Of a stretch of DNA of 64,000 nucleotides, positions 1-13,374 are shown piece after piece. Source of the DNA: Amoebidium appalachense (Eukaryota; Protista; Ichthyosporea); assembly GCA_963693365.1 (NCBI GenBank), contig CAVNZM010000003.1:4705972-4769971 (forward strand), given 5' to 3'. Both the position numbers and the translations under genes were made by a program. Below the pieces are notes generated by a model. It was not told the DNA's origin, ran no database searches, and was given only the letters and a program-made list of their open reading frames with translations. Position 1 is the stretch's first letter. The number at the start of each line of letters is the position of its first letter.

Positions 1-444
1 CGCCGCTGATGCCCTTGAACAGGTGGTTGCCGATCCGCGTGCCCATCGTGTGCCCCAGCCCAAGCTCGTTGATGATGCTCATTGCTCTGAAATTTCCCAA
101 CTTTTCAGTTAGGATTTGAGGCTGACAACAGTAGTCAATGTAAGTGGTAAACAGTACCGAGGGAAGGTGGGGAAGGAGAGGGAAAGGGGGGAGTGGGTGG
201 GTGGTTGTGTCTTTGGGAGGAAGATGGGTGAGAGGGAGGGACCATTGTGAGAAGGACGGGGGAGAAGGGGGCTGGGTTGCGGGTAGGTTCACACCTAAAA
301 ATGAGCCTGCGGTGTTATGGAACGGAGACTGTGCCCATTTCTCCCAAGCCGGGAGAGGGGGGGGGGGGGAGGAAGGGATGCATTCGATGGTGGGAAAAAG
401 GAAAGTAGATAATGGTTTTTATTACTTTTCTTTTCGTTTTTTTT

Positions 445-475
<31 letters not shown>

Positions 476-2022
476 GGGAGGGATATCATGCCTGTCTGTT
501 TTCTGCTGGTCACTCCAAGAGTTTGGAAGGCGCAGCTGAGCCTGAAAGTAGAAGGTCTCTTGGACGGTGAGCTGTGGCATCAGAATATCATCTTGCTCCA
601 CATATGCTGCTATCCGCCTGTGTGTGGTAGCATAAAACTATAAGTTAGTATCTAAAAGTTTTGATGGTATTGGACAACTGGTTCCGCATGGTTTAATACA
701 ATTTAGTTTAGCTTTAAACTTATGATAGTATTGGACGATTGGTTCCGCATGGTTTAATATAATAAGATTTGGTTCAGAGACTCAGTGATAGTATTGGACG
801 ACTGGTTCCACATGGTTTGATATTATTGAATATATTTTATTTTGTGTTATAGTGGGTTGTGATATGATTAGACGATTGGTTCTTTATGGTAGAATAGTAT
901 CAATTTTTCTTTAAATTTGCGTGGTTACGGAAGTTGAGAGGGAGGTTAGAAGGCAGGTGTGTGTATGTGTGTTGGGGGAGGGGGAGTGGGAGGAGGAGGA
1001 GGGGGGGGGGGGGGGGGGGTATGGGAGGGAGCAAATGGGTTGAGCGATTGGGACGAATGGAAATTAGTTTTGGTGTGTTTTTGTGTTTTTTCTGGCAAAA
1101 GAGGGGGGGGGGGGGAGGGGGAGGGAGATGGGCGGTCATTGAGTGCTAAACGGAATGTGTGGCATAAGGCCGTGGAGCTTTCTGCACCCAAAGGGTGGAG
1201 CCAAATATAGAGCGTGCAGCGTCTCCATGTCACACACAACTAAAACGAATAAACACATGCACATACAAACACACCCAGCCAGCCAGATAGACAGACAGAC
1301 AGAAAAGCACCTTGCACACACACACCCACACCCACAGAAAGCGCAAAGACAGACATACACATGTGCAAGTGTACACAGAGTGCAGACACGTTACCTGAAG
1401 CTCTTATCGCGCTTGTAGCCGTTGACTCTAATCTCTCCCTCCATCCGCCCAGCCCCGAGATTTCGCCCCGACAGAAGATTTAGGAATGTGGTCTTGCCCG
1501 CACCGCTGGTGCCCATCAGCGCCTGATTGGTTGATTAAAATTTAATGTCATGATTTGCATACTGATAATAGTCCAATGGGGTGGTCATGATATGAGACCG
1601 CAGCGGGCCGCAAGTACTTCTGGAATTATTCGTACATTGAAGATACCAGTCCTAGTAGAGTAAACGATTTTTAAATTTTTTTTTTTAAAAAAATCCTTGC
1701 AGATTGTCATTGTTAGTTCCTTTTTTACAGCCTATCATGCATACACATTCGAACACACAGCCGCCAGAGTGTTTCGTTATGCAACACATGTGCCAAGCGG
1801 GGTGGGTGAGGGTGGGTGAGTGGGTGGGTGGAGAGGAGGTGAGGGGGGGGTAGAGATTGTGTTTCAGAGTAAGTGCAAGGTTGGCAAGTTTTGTTTTTTT
1901 TCCTTTTTTTTTCTTTTTTCTTTTTGGTGGTGGTGAGGGGGAGGGGGTGGGGGGGGGACTGGGGGACAAACCCCCCAAAAAAAATGAGGGTGTCAAGTTT
2001 GGAGAAAAGAAGTGAGAGAGAG

Positions 2023-2074
<52 letters not shown>

Positions 2075-2466
2075 AAAAAACCAAATAATACTAACAATAA
2101 TGATAATAATAAGGAAGAAGAAGAAGAACAGGAGTGAACGAAGGAAGGAAAAGAAAATTTAAAACACCAACAAAATTGTTTGGGAAAAAAAATAGCAGAA
2201 TAGAGATTGAAACACGAAGCCCGTTATGAGTGACAATGAAAAACCAGAATGATGTGCCCCCCCCCCCCCCCTTTTTTTTTCTCTTTCTTTCTTCCTTTCT
2301 TTTTTTGTATGCTTTTTGGGAACTTACGATCATCTCCCCTGGCCTGACTGCGCCGCTGATTCCCTTCAGCACCTGCTTGCTAACTTTCTGCCGCCCCACC
2401 TGCAGCCAAGGAAGAAAAGAAAAAAACATCAGCATTTGCTATGACAAGATTATCACCCCCCCCCCC

Positions 2467-2497
<31 letters not shown>

Positions 2498-2960
2498 CTC
2501 CTCTTTCAGCTTTGGTCCTTGTGCAAGGGCTTATTAAGTCCCCCCACCCCCCCCCTTTTTTTTTCTCTCCACGCTACTTAGTTTTTGTCAGTATAAACTC
2601 GTGGTATCCCCTCCCCTTCTCCTTCAGTTTTGGCCCTTCTGCAAGTGTTTATCGATTTTTTTTTCTTTTCTTTCTTTCTTTTTCTGTTTCTCTTGCCACT
2701 CAGGTTTGGTTAATATTCGTGTATGGGACAAAAATATCAACACGTTGTACCCCGCTCCGCCGCTCCCCCCCCCCCCCCCCCCCCCACGCACACACCCTCA
2801 TCCACCCCGGGAACCCCCCTCCCCCCCCCCCCCCCAACCTTTACCCCCATGTACAGGGACTTTGTCAACTCGTGAACCGTATTCACGTGTTTTAGAGATC
2901 TACTCTCAGCTATGTAGATACGCCTCACAGTCACTTCCCAACCAACAGTTCCAAAACCAT

Positions 2961-3003
<43 letters not shown>

Positions 3004-3185
3004 AAAAGAAAAGGAGACAGATGGATGGGGGAGGGGGGGCGGGTACAGCAGGGGTACTGTGCTGCATATCGGAGGGTATTCGGTGTTTGATGCATACACA
3101 CAGCTGCATGCGCACGTGCAAACCTGTGCACCAGCAATTCTGCATGTACGCTCAACATATTGTGCTCGAGCCGACACCTACACAC

Positions 3186-3231
<46 letters not shown>

Positions 3232-3789
3232 GCACACACACACACCCGTAGACACAAACACACGCGCACGCACACGCACGGACACATACACACACGCACA
3301 CATACAGACATGGGTACGCCCGCACAAACACACGAACACTTGCATAACAACCATCACAGAGAGAAAAGCAGATGGATGAGGAGGGGGCTGAAACGTGGGG
3401 CCGCAAGCACGACTCAGTACACGCTCACGACGGACAACAGGCTGCAAGCCTTATCAAGGCACAAGGACCAAATCAGGCAGTATGTAGGCATCACCTGCCC
3501 GTCCCACCTCCTCGTCACCCCCCCCAAAAAAAATCGCACAGCCCGCCCTCTCCCTAACTTAACGTCTCTCTCAACATTTCCATTCAAACCATCACCCTTC
3601 TGCACTCTCACTATCGTTCGCTCTACTTTCTCTAATTCCCACCTTTGTCGTCACATAGAAGTCCACGTTCAGCCATGAGAGTGCAAGTGATGCCGGCTCC
3701 CCCTCCCCACCCGCCTTGTTTTGCACCAGCGGTGCGTCAATGTCCACATTGGTAAGGTGCCCCTCCTCAGTTTCGCCCCACTTGCCCAT
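1..3789 (-). CDS. ABCG/White-family half ABC transporter, paralogue A (5' part; runs off window start)
   Basis: Hand-spliced exons (minus): 3789-3643, 2399-2328, 1522-1395, 617-492, 86-<1, all phase-compatible. Translation [53 protein letters not shown] (Walker A)..[21 protein letters not shown] (Q-loop)..[13 protein letters not shown] (start of signature). Intron positions match the plus-strand paralogue; intron 491-87 has a GC donor. Confidence 0.93.
662..896. repeat. Degenerate intronic minisatellite, 4 copies of a ~37-bp core
   Basis: TGATRGTATTGGACRAYTGGTTCCRCATGGTTTRATA-like core at ~662, 723, 786 and 860 (last copy diverged), with AT-rich linkers. Confidence 0.75.
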
Positions 3790-5227
3790 TTTGGCAACTA
3801 GAGTTTGAGCTTTTGCTCAAAATAACGTTAAGCGGGTTGTTGTTTGGGAAGCGTTAGTTTTGTATTGTAGGGTGATAGTCGTTTGACAAAACGTAACAAA
3901 CGACTAAGGACTGAGAGCGGGGCAGAGAAATTGCAAGGAATGTAAACGGGAGTTGGTGCGCTAACTGGTCATGTTTCAAGATGGACTACTATAAAGACAC
4001 TAATAGATAAAATGTTTAATCTTTTAGAGGAAAGAGCCTGGAAAGTGTATGCATACACAAGCATTACCCCGATACTCCGTATATGACACGCGCCAAGGCT
4101 TGTGTACATATGTGTGTGCTGGGGTTGGTGAACTTCAGGTGAAGAAGGCCTTGTGTCGCGAAATCCTGCTTGTGTGGTGTGTGCGGTTCGTAGCTGTTGG
4201 GGTTCAAAATAACAATTTCAGAAAAAGCAAGTCATTAAGTGCTGAAATGTAGGTAAATATGTGTTATTGATGGGGCTCAACGTAAAGGGATGTAATGTTC
4301 CGCACACACCCCATATGTACTGCTGTAGTTATATACCTTGCTAGAAAATGTGTGGTTTTGTTGTTTGGATATACTTATTAAACGCGACTAATTAATAATG
4401 TAGCCGCTTCACAGCATACAGAGGTTATTCTGTTGCATCTCAGCCCTAGAACGACAGAAAAGAAAGGGAAACCAAAAAAAATAAAAAATAAAAAAAAATA
4501 AAGTTCCTTTACTTTTGCTGACTAAGTCAATTGTTTACAAATAGTTAGAAGTCTTTGAATTGGACGTCATATACCCTAACACAAGAAATACAATAGATAA
4601 ACTTTGAAAATGCACTCAATTTTATTCGACTAGTTCTGCACGCACTCCATTTTATTTATGTGGAATGTGTTTCATAAATTCTTGACGAACGACAATGCCA
4701 CAATACACAATATTCGTACTTTTTTTTTATTGTTTTATAAATATTGATATTTACAAATCGGAAAACTTCGCCCCCTTGTATGTACATATGCACACATCCC
4801 TGGAGCGTGTGTTTGTATACATGTATGGAGAGAAACGGCATTTTCCACTTCAGAGATATTGTTGTATAACGCCCTTATTTCTTGTTGGTATACACGCGAA
4901 TGGCACATTCAACGTAGATGAAAGTGAAGCAGAAGCAAGGCGTCCACACAGGTACATGTAGACATCGCAATTGCAACAGCCCAATAGTACTACAATAAGG
5001 TAGTTTTTACGGCTGCTCAACCGTTGAGCAAGTATATTTTCATATAGAACGCATTTGTCCATAGAAGCAGGAGCCAACTTTTTCGAGCCCTAAGGTTATA
5101 ACCACATAACACAAGCAGCTGCATCAAAGGTCGCTCTTTCCCTCTCCATCTCTCTGTCTCTCCCCACACACATCTCATCTGCCAAATTCACTTCGGTAAG
5201 GCATTTGCTCAGCGGCAACAAACGAAA
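3790..5227. promoter_or_regulatory. Putative bidirectional promoter region between divergent ABCG genes
   Basis: ~1.44 kb between the ATG at 3789 (minus) and the ATG at 5228 (plus); AT-rich and free of the long C/G tracts that fill introns. Function inferred from position only. Confidence 0.5.
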
Positions 5228-6931
5228 ATGGTTAACTGGGTTGTGTTCGAAGGTAACGAAGTGAAGGATGTGGACTGGGATGGTGACGGTAACGCAGGAA
5301 GGAACAATAACGAGGTCACGAGCCTAACTCTGTCTTGGCACAATGTCGACTTTTACATCACACAAAAGGTATGATGTGTGTGCATTTTGTGTCTACAGAC
5401 TGTGTTTGCGTGTGCGTGTGTGTTTTTCTGCATGTGCTTTTGTGTATGCTTGTGCGTTTTTGGGCGTCATGTCGTACTTGTATCCTTTCCCTGTGGTGTG
5501 CGCATGCGTGTGCCGCATGTGACACTGTGTGCATCTGTATGCTTCTGCGGTGTGTGGGGACCTCTACACTACCCAGAAAGTGGGAGAGGGCTTGTTTAGG
5601 TGTGAGCGTGTTCGTGTGTGTATGCTTCTGTTTTTGCTGAATTAATTAATTATTTGTTATTTTTGTGGGATAAGTTTGGCAGAAGAAACGGAAGAAATAA
5701 GAACGCACGTGGGGGTTGTGTAGCCAAGCGCGCGCACACACACACACACACACCTTATTTTTGCCAACACACACTCGCTAGCACACTTCAATCACACACA
5801 AACACACCCACTTGCACACACACACACACTTCCCCACCATTCCCCCACCCCCCAACACACCTACCCCCTCCCCCCCCCCCTCCCCCCCCCGGCCCACACC
5901 ACCACCACCACCATAACCCACACACACAAACGCTTCATGGGCTACATGTGCATATGCAGACACAAACTCAGATGCACTGTGCCTCATGCACCCACCCACC
6001 CACCCACCCACCCACCCACACACACCCACACACACACACATTCTTACTTGCAGAGACCAAATAAAAGTTCTGTCTCCTCTCTTCTTCCTGTTGCTGCATT
6101 GGCCTTTAGAAAGTCGAAGTCGAGATCTATACCTCATTTACTGACGTTCCCTGTTTTCATTCGTTGCCAAATCCCCCATCCCCCCCCCCCCCCCCCCCCA
6201 AAAAAAAAAAAAAGTGCAAAAAATAAAAGGAAAATACGTATGAAAATAAAAAATCAATAAAATAGAAATAGAATAAAACAAGATTTAAATCAAATAGAAA
6301 ATCCACGAGCAGCGGTTAAATAAAAACTAGATCATCATATGAAGAGAGAAAGAGGAAAGTGTCCTGAGCCTCTCTCCCCTCCAATTACTTTGAGCATTCT
6401 GTGATTATTCTTTCTTGTCTCCCCCCCCCCCCCCCCCCCGCTCCACCCCCCCCCCCCCCCCCTCCCTCTCCCCCATCTCTCCTTCTCCCCCACCATATTG
6501 CCATGACCTTATCCAAACTGAATTAGTACTTTACATCTACCTACCCCCCCCCCCCCCCCCCCCCCGGTTTCGTTAACGAGGTGAATAGGTCGAAACTCGG
6601 GTACTGTGGATGACGTGGGCCCCCCCTGAGGATGGGCTCTGCTTATTATGCATACTCGTTATGTATGGCTTGCATTCTGCATCGTGTTATCCGTTTGTTC
6701 TTGTGTACTTCGTACTTTTTGACGCATTCAACCCCCCCCCCCCCCCCCCCTCCCCCCTCCCCTCCCCTCCCCCTCCCCTCCTTCCAGCAGTAACTGAGTT
6801 GGGTTCCGTCGACGAGGCGATGGGTATAAGCTCGGGTACTGTAGATGACTTGGGGCCCCTTTGAGGATGGGCTCTGCTCTATGTGTACTTTGTACTCTAT
6901 ATTGCAGTCTAACCCTCTTTCCCCTTCCCCC

Positions 6932-6962
<31 letters not shown>

Positions 6963-7193
6963 TTCCACACTCACACACACACGCACGCAAAAAACAAAAA
7001 ACAAAAAAAAAACAGACGGGCAAGACCACCAACACGAAGCAAATATTGAAAGGCATCAGTGGAGCCGTCAAGCCGGGAGAGATGATTGTAAGTCGATAGT
7101 GTTCTTGCTCTCTGTCACAACCCATGCACAAACACAAAAACACACACACGTATGTTTTCACACAAACACACACAAAACACACACAAAGGTTTC

Positions 7194-7227
<34 letters not shown>

Positions 7228-7693
7228 GTACGTTTTCACATACACACACGCTGGGTTAGAACTGGTGTTTCCGTTCTGAATGGCATTCCCATTTCCACCT
7301 TCCGACACATTTTTTGGGGGGCATGCCCCCCCCCCCCCTCCCCCCGGCCGCCCCTTCTCTGGCGCATTGTTCCCCTTTGAGCAAGCTACACTGTAAGTGG
7401 TATACGGAAATGCTTTACTCCACCCACTTATAAGTAATGGTTAAAGCCATTCATGATTATATTCCCCATACCCTACAATGCCACATGACATTAAAACTTT
7501 AATTCACCAATCAGGCGCTGATGGGCACCAGCGGTGCGGGCAAGACCACATTCCTGAATCTTCTGTCGGGGCGAAATCTCGGAGACGGACGGATGGATGG
7601 CGTGATCAGGGTCAATGGGTACAAACGTGATAAGAGTTTCAGGTAATATTCTGTTTATCATTATACACGTCCCCCCCCCCCCCCCCCCCCCCT

Positions 7694-7741
<48 letters not shown>

Positions 7742-8049
7742 CCTTCCTCACTATGCAATACTTGGCGTTGTGGTTGTGGAAGTGAGAAGAGGTTTGGGAT
7801 GACTGTTATCAGCACAAGCTCGAGGGGTAAATCTGTGTCAAGGAGTGAGGGGTGAGGGTTGAAAAAAGATTAGACACGATTCAGTCGTGGCATTCATAGT
7901 ATGTGTCCTCGCAAGGGCATGCGCACAAGCACACGAGCACCCGGGCCTAATTACACCCCACACGCCTCTGAATACAATCACTTGCACGCTCACTCCTACA
8001 TTGTTAACACACTTACTCACTCACTCACTTCCTTATATCCACACGCCCT

Positions 8050-8082
<33 letters not shown>

Positions 8083-8267
8083 CGGATAGCCGGCTACGTA
8101 GAGCAGGATGATGTGTTGATGCCACAGCTCACCGTTAAGGAGACTTTCTACTTTCAGGCACGGCTGCGTCTTCCCAATTCTTGGAGTGACCAGCAAAAAA
8201 ATGAGAGGTGCCCCCCCCCCCCCCCCCCCCCTCCCCCTCCAACACACATACACGCACACACACACAG

Positions 8268-8322
<55 letters not shown>

Positions 8323-8815
8323 TATAGAGAGGAACCAGATTAGATATTGCACGACTAACACCATAACTGCCCCACTAAGTTTAATCCCTTAAATTCTTAA
8401 CGGTGTATTTTGATTGCAGGGCACAGAGCATCATCAACGAGCTTGGGCTGGGGCACACGATGGGCACGCGGATCGGCAACCACCTCTTCAAGGGCATCAG
8501 CGGCGGCGAACGCAAGCGCGTGGCCATTGGCTGCGAGCTCATCACAAACCCCCGCATCCTGTTCCTCGATGAGCCCGTACGTAGATCCCCCAAAATTTCA
8601 TACTGGCGGGCGAAAAATCCCCACCTCTGGATGTCATGGTTGTGTGTCGAATAGGAAACTCCCTGTGTTGTAGTCATGTGAAGTGCCCCACCACACACAC
8701 GAAAAAATAGGGAAAGAAAAGAAAGAGCAAGAAAGAATAGGAAAACGATACGAGAAGAAAACAAATTGAGTCAGAAACTGCGCCATTTCCCAGCGTTTTG
8801 CACCGAACTCCCCCC

Positions 8816-8867
<52 letters not shown>

Positions 8868-9446
8868 ACACACACACCAGGCTCCAGCCACTTGCCCTGT
8901 ATCCGTGACTGGTCGTACTCAAATCAATATCACAAACGTTAACACCTTACCTTCATTGTCAGCCATGCACACCCACCTCAAACAACCATTTCTGGTTGGG
9001 TGCTAATCATGGAGGGGGGTTACAGACCTCCGGGTTGGACTCATTCACATCATATCACGTGATGAACTTCGTCCGTCAATTGGCCGACAACGGGCGTGCA
9101 GTGATCACAACCATCCACCAACCGCGAACCACCGTTTACGATCTCTTCGATAAGCTTCTACTACTGTCGAGGGGCGAGCCTGTTTACTACGGGCCTGCAT
9201 CGGAGGCAATTGATTGGTTCTCACAATTGGGATATCCCTGCGCCGAAGATGATAACCCGGCCGATCATTTTCTCGATGTGACGACGATCGACGGCCGATC
9301 GGCAGCGATGGAGCAGGAGACAAAACTGAGAAACCAGAAGATGGTGGAGGTGGGTTAAAGATGAGGTGTCATTGGTTTAATCATGCTGTGTAGGTTCGGG
9401 TTTGGGAAAGTTCTGTGAAGGGCTAATGGTTCTGCATGGTTTAGAA

Positions 9447-9489
<43 letters not shown>

Positions 9490-10205
9490 GGGGGGAGGGG
9501 AGGGGGAGGGGTGGGGATGCCAAGGATGTGTATGTGCACAACCCCCCCCCCCCCCCCCCCCCCCCCTTTACTTGGTGCTTCTACTCTTTTCTGCATATCC
9601 ACGCTATAGTACACATAAGCACTTCGATGCATAGCACTTTTTACTCCCCCTCTTTCTCTGACTCACGGGTGGATAAGCACATACACAGGTGCTTGCATCT
9701 GCAGCATACTGTTGGTCACGTATAAGGGCTTGTGGGTAAAAGGGGGGAGGGGGGGGGGGATGTAAATGAGAAACTCCATATTGCAAAAAAAATTCATGCC
9801 ACTTAAACCAAAACAGGCATTCCGAGACAGCAAGTATTGGAAAGAAGCCGACAAGGAAGGGGCCCAAGCCAAAATGTCCCCGGACATGCGCCCCGGCCGC
9901 GGTTTGGAGCGCCTGAACGCGCTCAAACAATTTACTGTCCTCTGGAAGCGTGCAATCAAAAATTTCCTGCGCGATCGGCAAGCGGTATCGGCGGAGGCGG
10001 GGCAAACAATCTCGCTCGCATTTTTGATTGGCGGGATTTTCTTCGGGCTGAACGACGATCAGAATTCGATCCTGAACAGAGCGGGGATTCTGTTTTTCAT
10101 TTGTCTAATTCTCGGATTTGGGCCGTCTCTCGCCGCCATTCAGTTGTTCCATGGAGAAAAGGTATGTTCTTTTGTCGGTTTTTTGTGTGTTTGCGCGGAT
10201 GGGGG

Positions 10206-10246
<41 letters not shown>

Positions 10247-10308
10247 TTTGTGCAGGAGCAGGGCCGTTCCCGAATGCCACTTCCGTCTGAGGATGATTTC
10301 TTTGTACG

Positions 10309-10345
<37 letters not shown>

Positions 10346-11792
10346 TCTTCCCGGGTCTCAGACTCTCCCTCCTCTTTTGGGGCAGGAGTCAAGATTCTTA
10401 ATATTTTCACTCCCGTGCTGTTAATTCTTTTTTCTATTCACTAACACCATCACCGTAACGCAATATGCACACGCACACGCACACACACACACGTACACGT
10501 ACACGTGCATGTGCACACTCACACCCACCCACCCAACACCACACACACACACACACACGTACACACACGTACACACGCACTCATGCACACACACGTACAG
10601 GCGGTGTTCCTGCGTGAGCGCAGTGGTGGTGTGTACCAGGTGCTACCCTATTACCTCTCCAAGTCTGTGGCCGAGTTTCCCTTCCAAATCTTCTTCCCCA
10701 TCTTCTTTGCCTGTGTGGTCTATTGGATGGTTGACTTCAACAACCTTGCTGAGAGATTCATTTTCTTCATTGTCGGGTGCATCTGTCAGGTAGAATACCA
10801 ACCCTCCCCCCCCCCCCCCCCCCCCCCCCCTCCCCCCCCCCCCCCTTCCCCGGGGCCCTTTTCGTCCACACATCGTAACAGACGCATGTACAAACACATC
10901 AAACTTTCACTCACTCACCCACTCATCAAACCCGCTGGCGCACACAACAAAAAGGAAAATATCCACACGTGCATTCGTCACATTCCCCCAAACCCCAACT
11001 CCATCATTGACCCTCCTCGTACATGTTTTCAGATTTCAAGTGAAACAGCAAGGTCAAGAAATGGTGTCATAGATTCATTTTCAGTTTGAGAGGCAAAACG
11101 ACCGTACTTATGGATTAACAATGAGTGGCTCCTGTTTGCTATCCTGCTTCAAATCCTATCTTTCTATATAGGATTAACCATGAGTGGCTCCTGTTTGCTA
11201 TCCTGCTTCAAATCCTATCTTTCTATATAGGATTAACCATAAATGACTCCTGTTTGCTATCCTGCTTCAAATCCTATCTTTCTATATAGGATTAACCATG
11301 AGTGGCTCCTGTTTGCTATCCTGCTTCAAATCCTATCTTTCTATATAGGATTGACCATGAGTGGCTCCTGTTTGCTATCCTGCTTCAAATCCTATCTTTC
11401 TATATAGGATTAACCATGAGTGGCTCCTGCTTGCTATGCTGCTTCAAATCCTATCTTTCTATATAGGATTAACCATAAATGGCTCCTGTTTGCTATCCTG
11501 CTTCAAATTTTATCTTTCTATAATGAGTAACTGACGGTATGCACACAGTACTTCACCACGCAAGGAATTGGCATCGCCCTTTCTGCAGCAACACCCACAC
11601 CAGACATTGCCGCCGCCGTCGCACCCGTGATTGTCGTATTTTTCGGCCTTTTTGGCGGGTTTTTCCTGAATTCCAAGGACTTGTGGAGCGGGTTTGTGTG
11701 GATTCAAAAGATCAGCTTCATGTACTACATCTGGAGGGCCCTTATGGTGAACGAATTTGAGGGTATGAACTCCCCCCCCGCCCCCGCCCCCG

Positions 11793-11840
<48 letters not shown>

Positions 11841-11859
11841 CCCACCCCCCAAAAAACAA

Positions 11860-11901
<42 letters not shown>

Positions 11902-12239
11902 GGGTGCCTTCAGGTCCAATCAAACACTTCATCTATCGCCACTATCACCGATCAAGTATATCTAACGCCCCTTACACCAACAATAAAGCTTGTCCAAAAT
12001 ATATCACTAGTCAAGCATATCTGACCTCCAAATTTCCTCGTGCAGGTCTGTATTTCACCTGCGACGCGGACGGTTCGCGGTGTCAAAGCACGGGCGAGGT
12101 TGTGTTGAATAATTTCGACTTTGGGGACACCAACAAATATGTCGATCTGGTGATCGTTTTCATGATGGGTGTGTTCTACCGCTTCTTGGCGTATGTTATC
12201 CTGAGAGTAGTCGGCAAGCCCAAGGTGAAGATTTTCTGA
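5228..12239 (+). CDS. ABCG/White-family half ABC transporter, paralogue B (complete, 10 exons, 629 aa)
   Basis: GT-AG exons 5228-5368, 7016-7087, 7515-7642, 8082-8207, 8420-8576, 9026-9349, 9817-10161, 10601-10789, 11549-11762, 12046-12239 join in frame (1890 nt). Walker A GTSGAGKT, signature GISGGERKRVAIG, Walker B/D-loop ILFLDEPTSGLDS, H-loop TTIHQP, NPADHFLD, then an ABC2-type membrane domain (VFLRERSGGVY..YYLSK; RALMVNEF). NBD-TMD order is typical of ABCG. Confidence 0.96.
6566..6897 (+). repeat. Dispersed intronic repeat family, two tandem partial units
   Basis: 6566-6720 is nearly identical to ~47927-48080; a second, diverged unit at 6794-6897 (CTGAGTTGGGTT..CTCGGGTACTGT..TGAGGATGGGCTCTGC). 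Confidence 0.85.
11112..11522. repeat. 59-bp minisatellite x7 in intron 8 of ABCG-B
   Basis: Unit GGATTAACCATGAGTGGCTCCTGTTTGCTATCCTGCTTCAAATCCTATCTTTCTATATA starts at 11112, 11171, 11230, 11289, 11348, 11407 and 11466. Confidence 0.97.
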
Positions 12240-13205
12240 AGTAAGGTTGGGGGCCTGTGACGAAGGAGGAATATAGGTCGTTGAGTAACTTCAAGCAAAA
12301 ACCGGCGGGAAAAACTGTAAAATAGGAAAAGAGCGAAACGACAGGTAAAGCCAAGAGTGTGGTATGGTTTTTTGGGGGGTTGTGTGTGTTTTGAGTGTAT
12401 ATGGGTTGAGGATGGTGGTGGTGGTGGGGCGGGGGGGAGGGGTTTAGAAAATTCTGTGCGGCTCCAGGCCAAGTCGTGGAATTGTGATGAGAAAGCATAT
12501 TATAATACATAAAGTTTTAATGTTTATACCTCAGTAATGATGTGTCCCCGGATGCCTGATGGCTTTTTTCCTGTGGTTGCAACATACTACATTTCTAGAT
12601 TAGAAATGGTTTCTCGGCACAGTTGTTCCCTGAAAAAGGCCATCAAAAGAATATTTTTGAATTTTTATCCTTTTTTGGTTTTTTATTGTGGGTGGATGCA
12701 TATGGGTTGGCGAAATTCTCATTGGTCGTGCATTATTAGTATATCTCGGGGCTGCACTTATGTAATGTTCCCAAAAAGACGCCACACGCCACATGTCAAC
12801 ATTCTTAGTCAAAGTTTCTGAATTGGTGATTGCTAAAAGCTTGTAACTCTTACACAGGGTTGATATGTTATTGATAACTTTAGCATTTTATCCATTAGCT
12901 CTCCACTGAGGCCGTAAGCCGCTCTACTAGTACTATGTGTACATCACGACAACAGTTATAAGAAGGCACTTCAGTAGCTACCACCGGCACTTAACAAGTA
13001 AAAAACTGGTATCAAAACCTGCAATCGTGGTAATATAGTACTCTGCCATGATATCTTGTGTTGGTGTGTGTGTGTGTGTCCGTGCGCATGTACATTTGTC
13101 TGTTGCGTATTTGTTTGTACATATGCCGCGGTGTAAGCGTGTGTGTATCTCTGTGTGTGTGTGCCACGGTGTAACACCGTATGTGTGTGTGTGTGTGTCT
13201 GGTTT

Positions 13206-13243
<38 letters not shown>

Positions 13244-13374
13244 TATCCTGCTCAGCTTCGCCTGCTCACGGCTATAGTGTAATGCAAGGCCTCCAATACC
13301 AAGAGTGTAGTGATATTCAATAGTGCATGCCTTTGAAAGTCCAAATTTTGCAATTTGTCCTCCGGTTACATTAT

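Noticed and set aside
662-896. CRISPR-like array (~37-bp repeats with 24-37-bp spacers)
   Set aside because: Repeats are degenerate, spacers are AT-rich and partly similar to each other, it lies in a eukaryotic intron and there are no cas genes; a minisatellite explains it
11112-11522. CRISPR array
   Set aside because: Contiguous 59-bp units with no unique spacers
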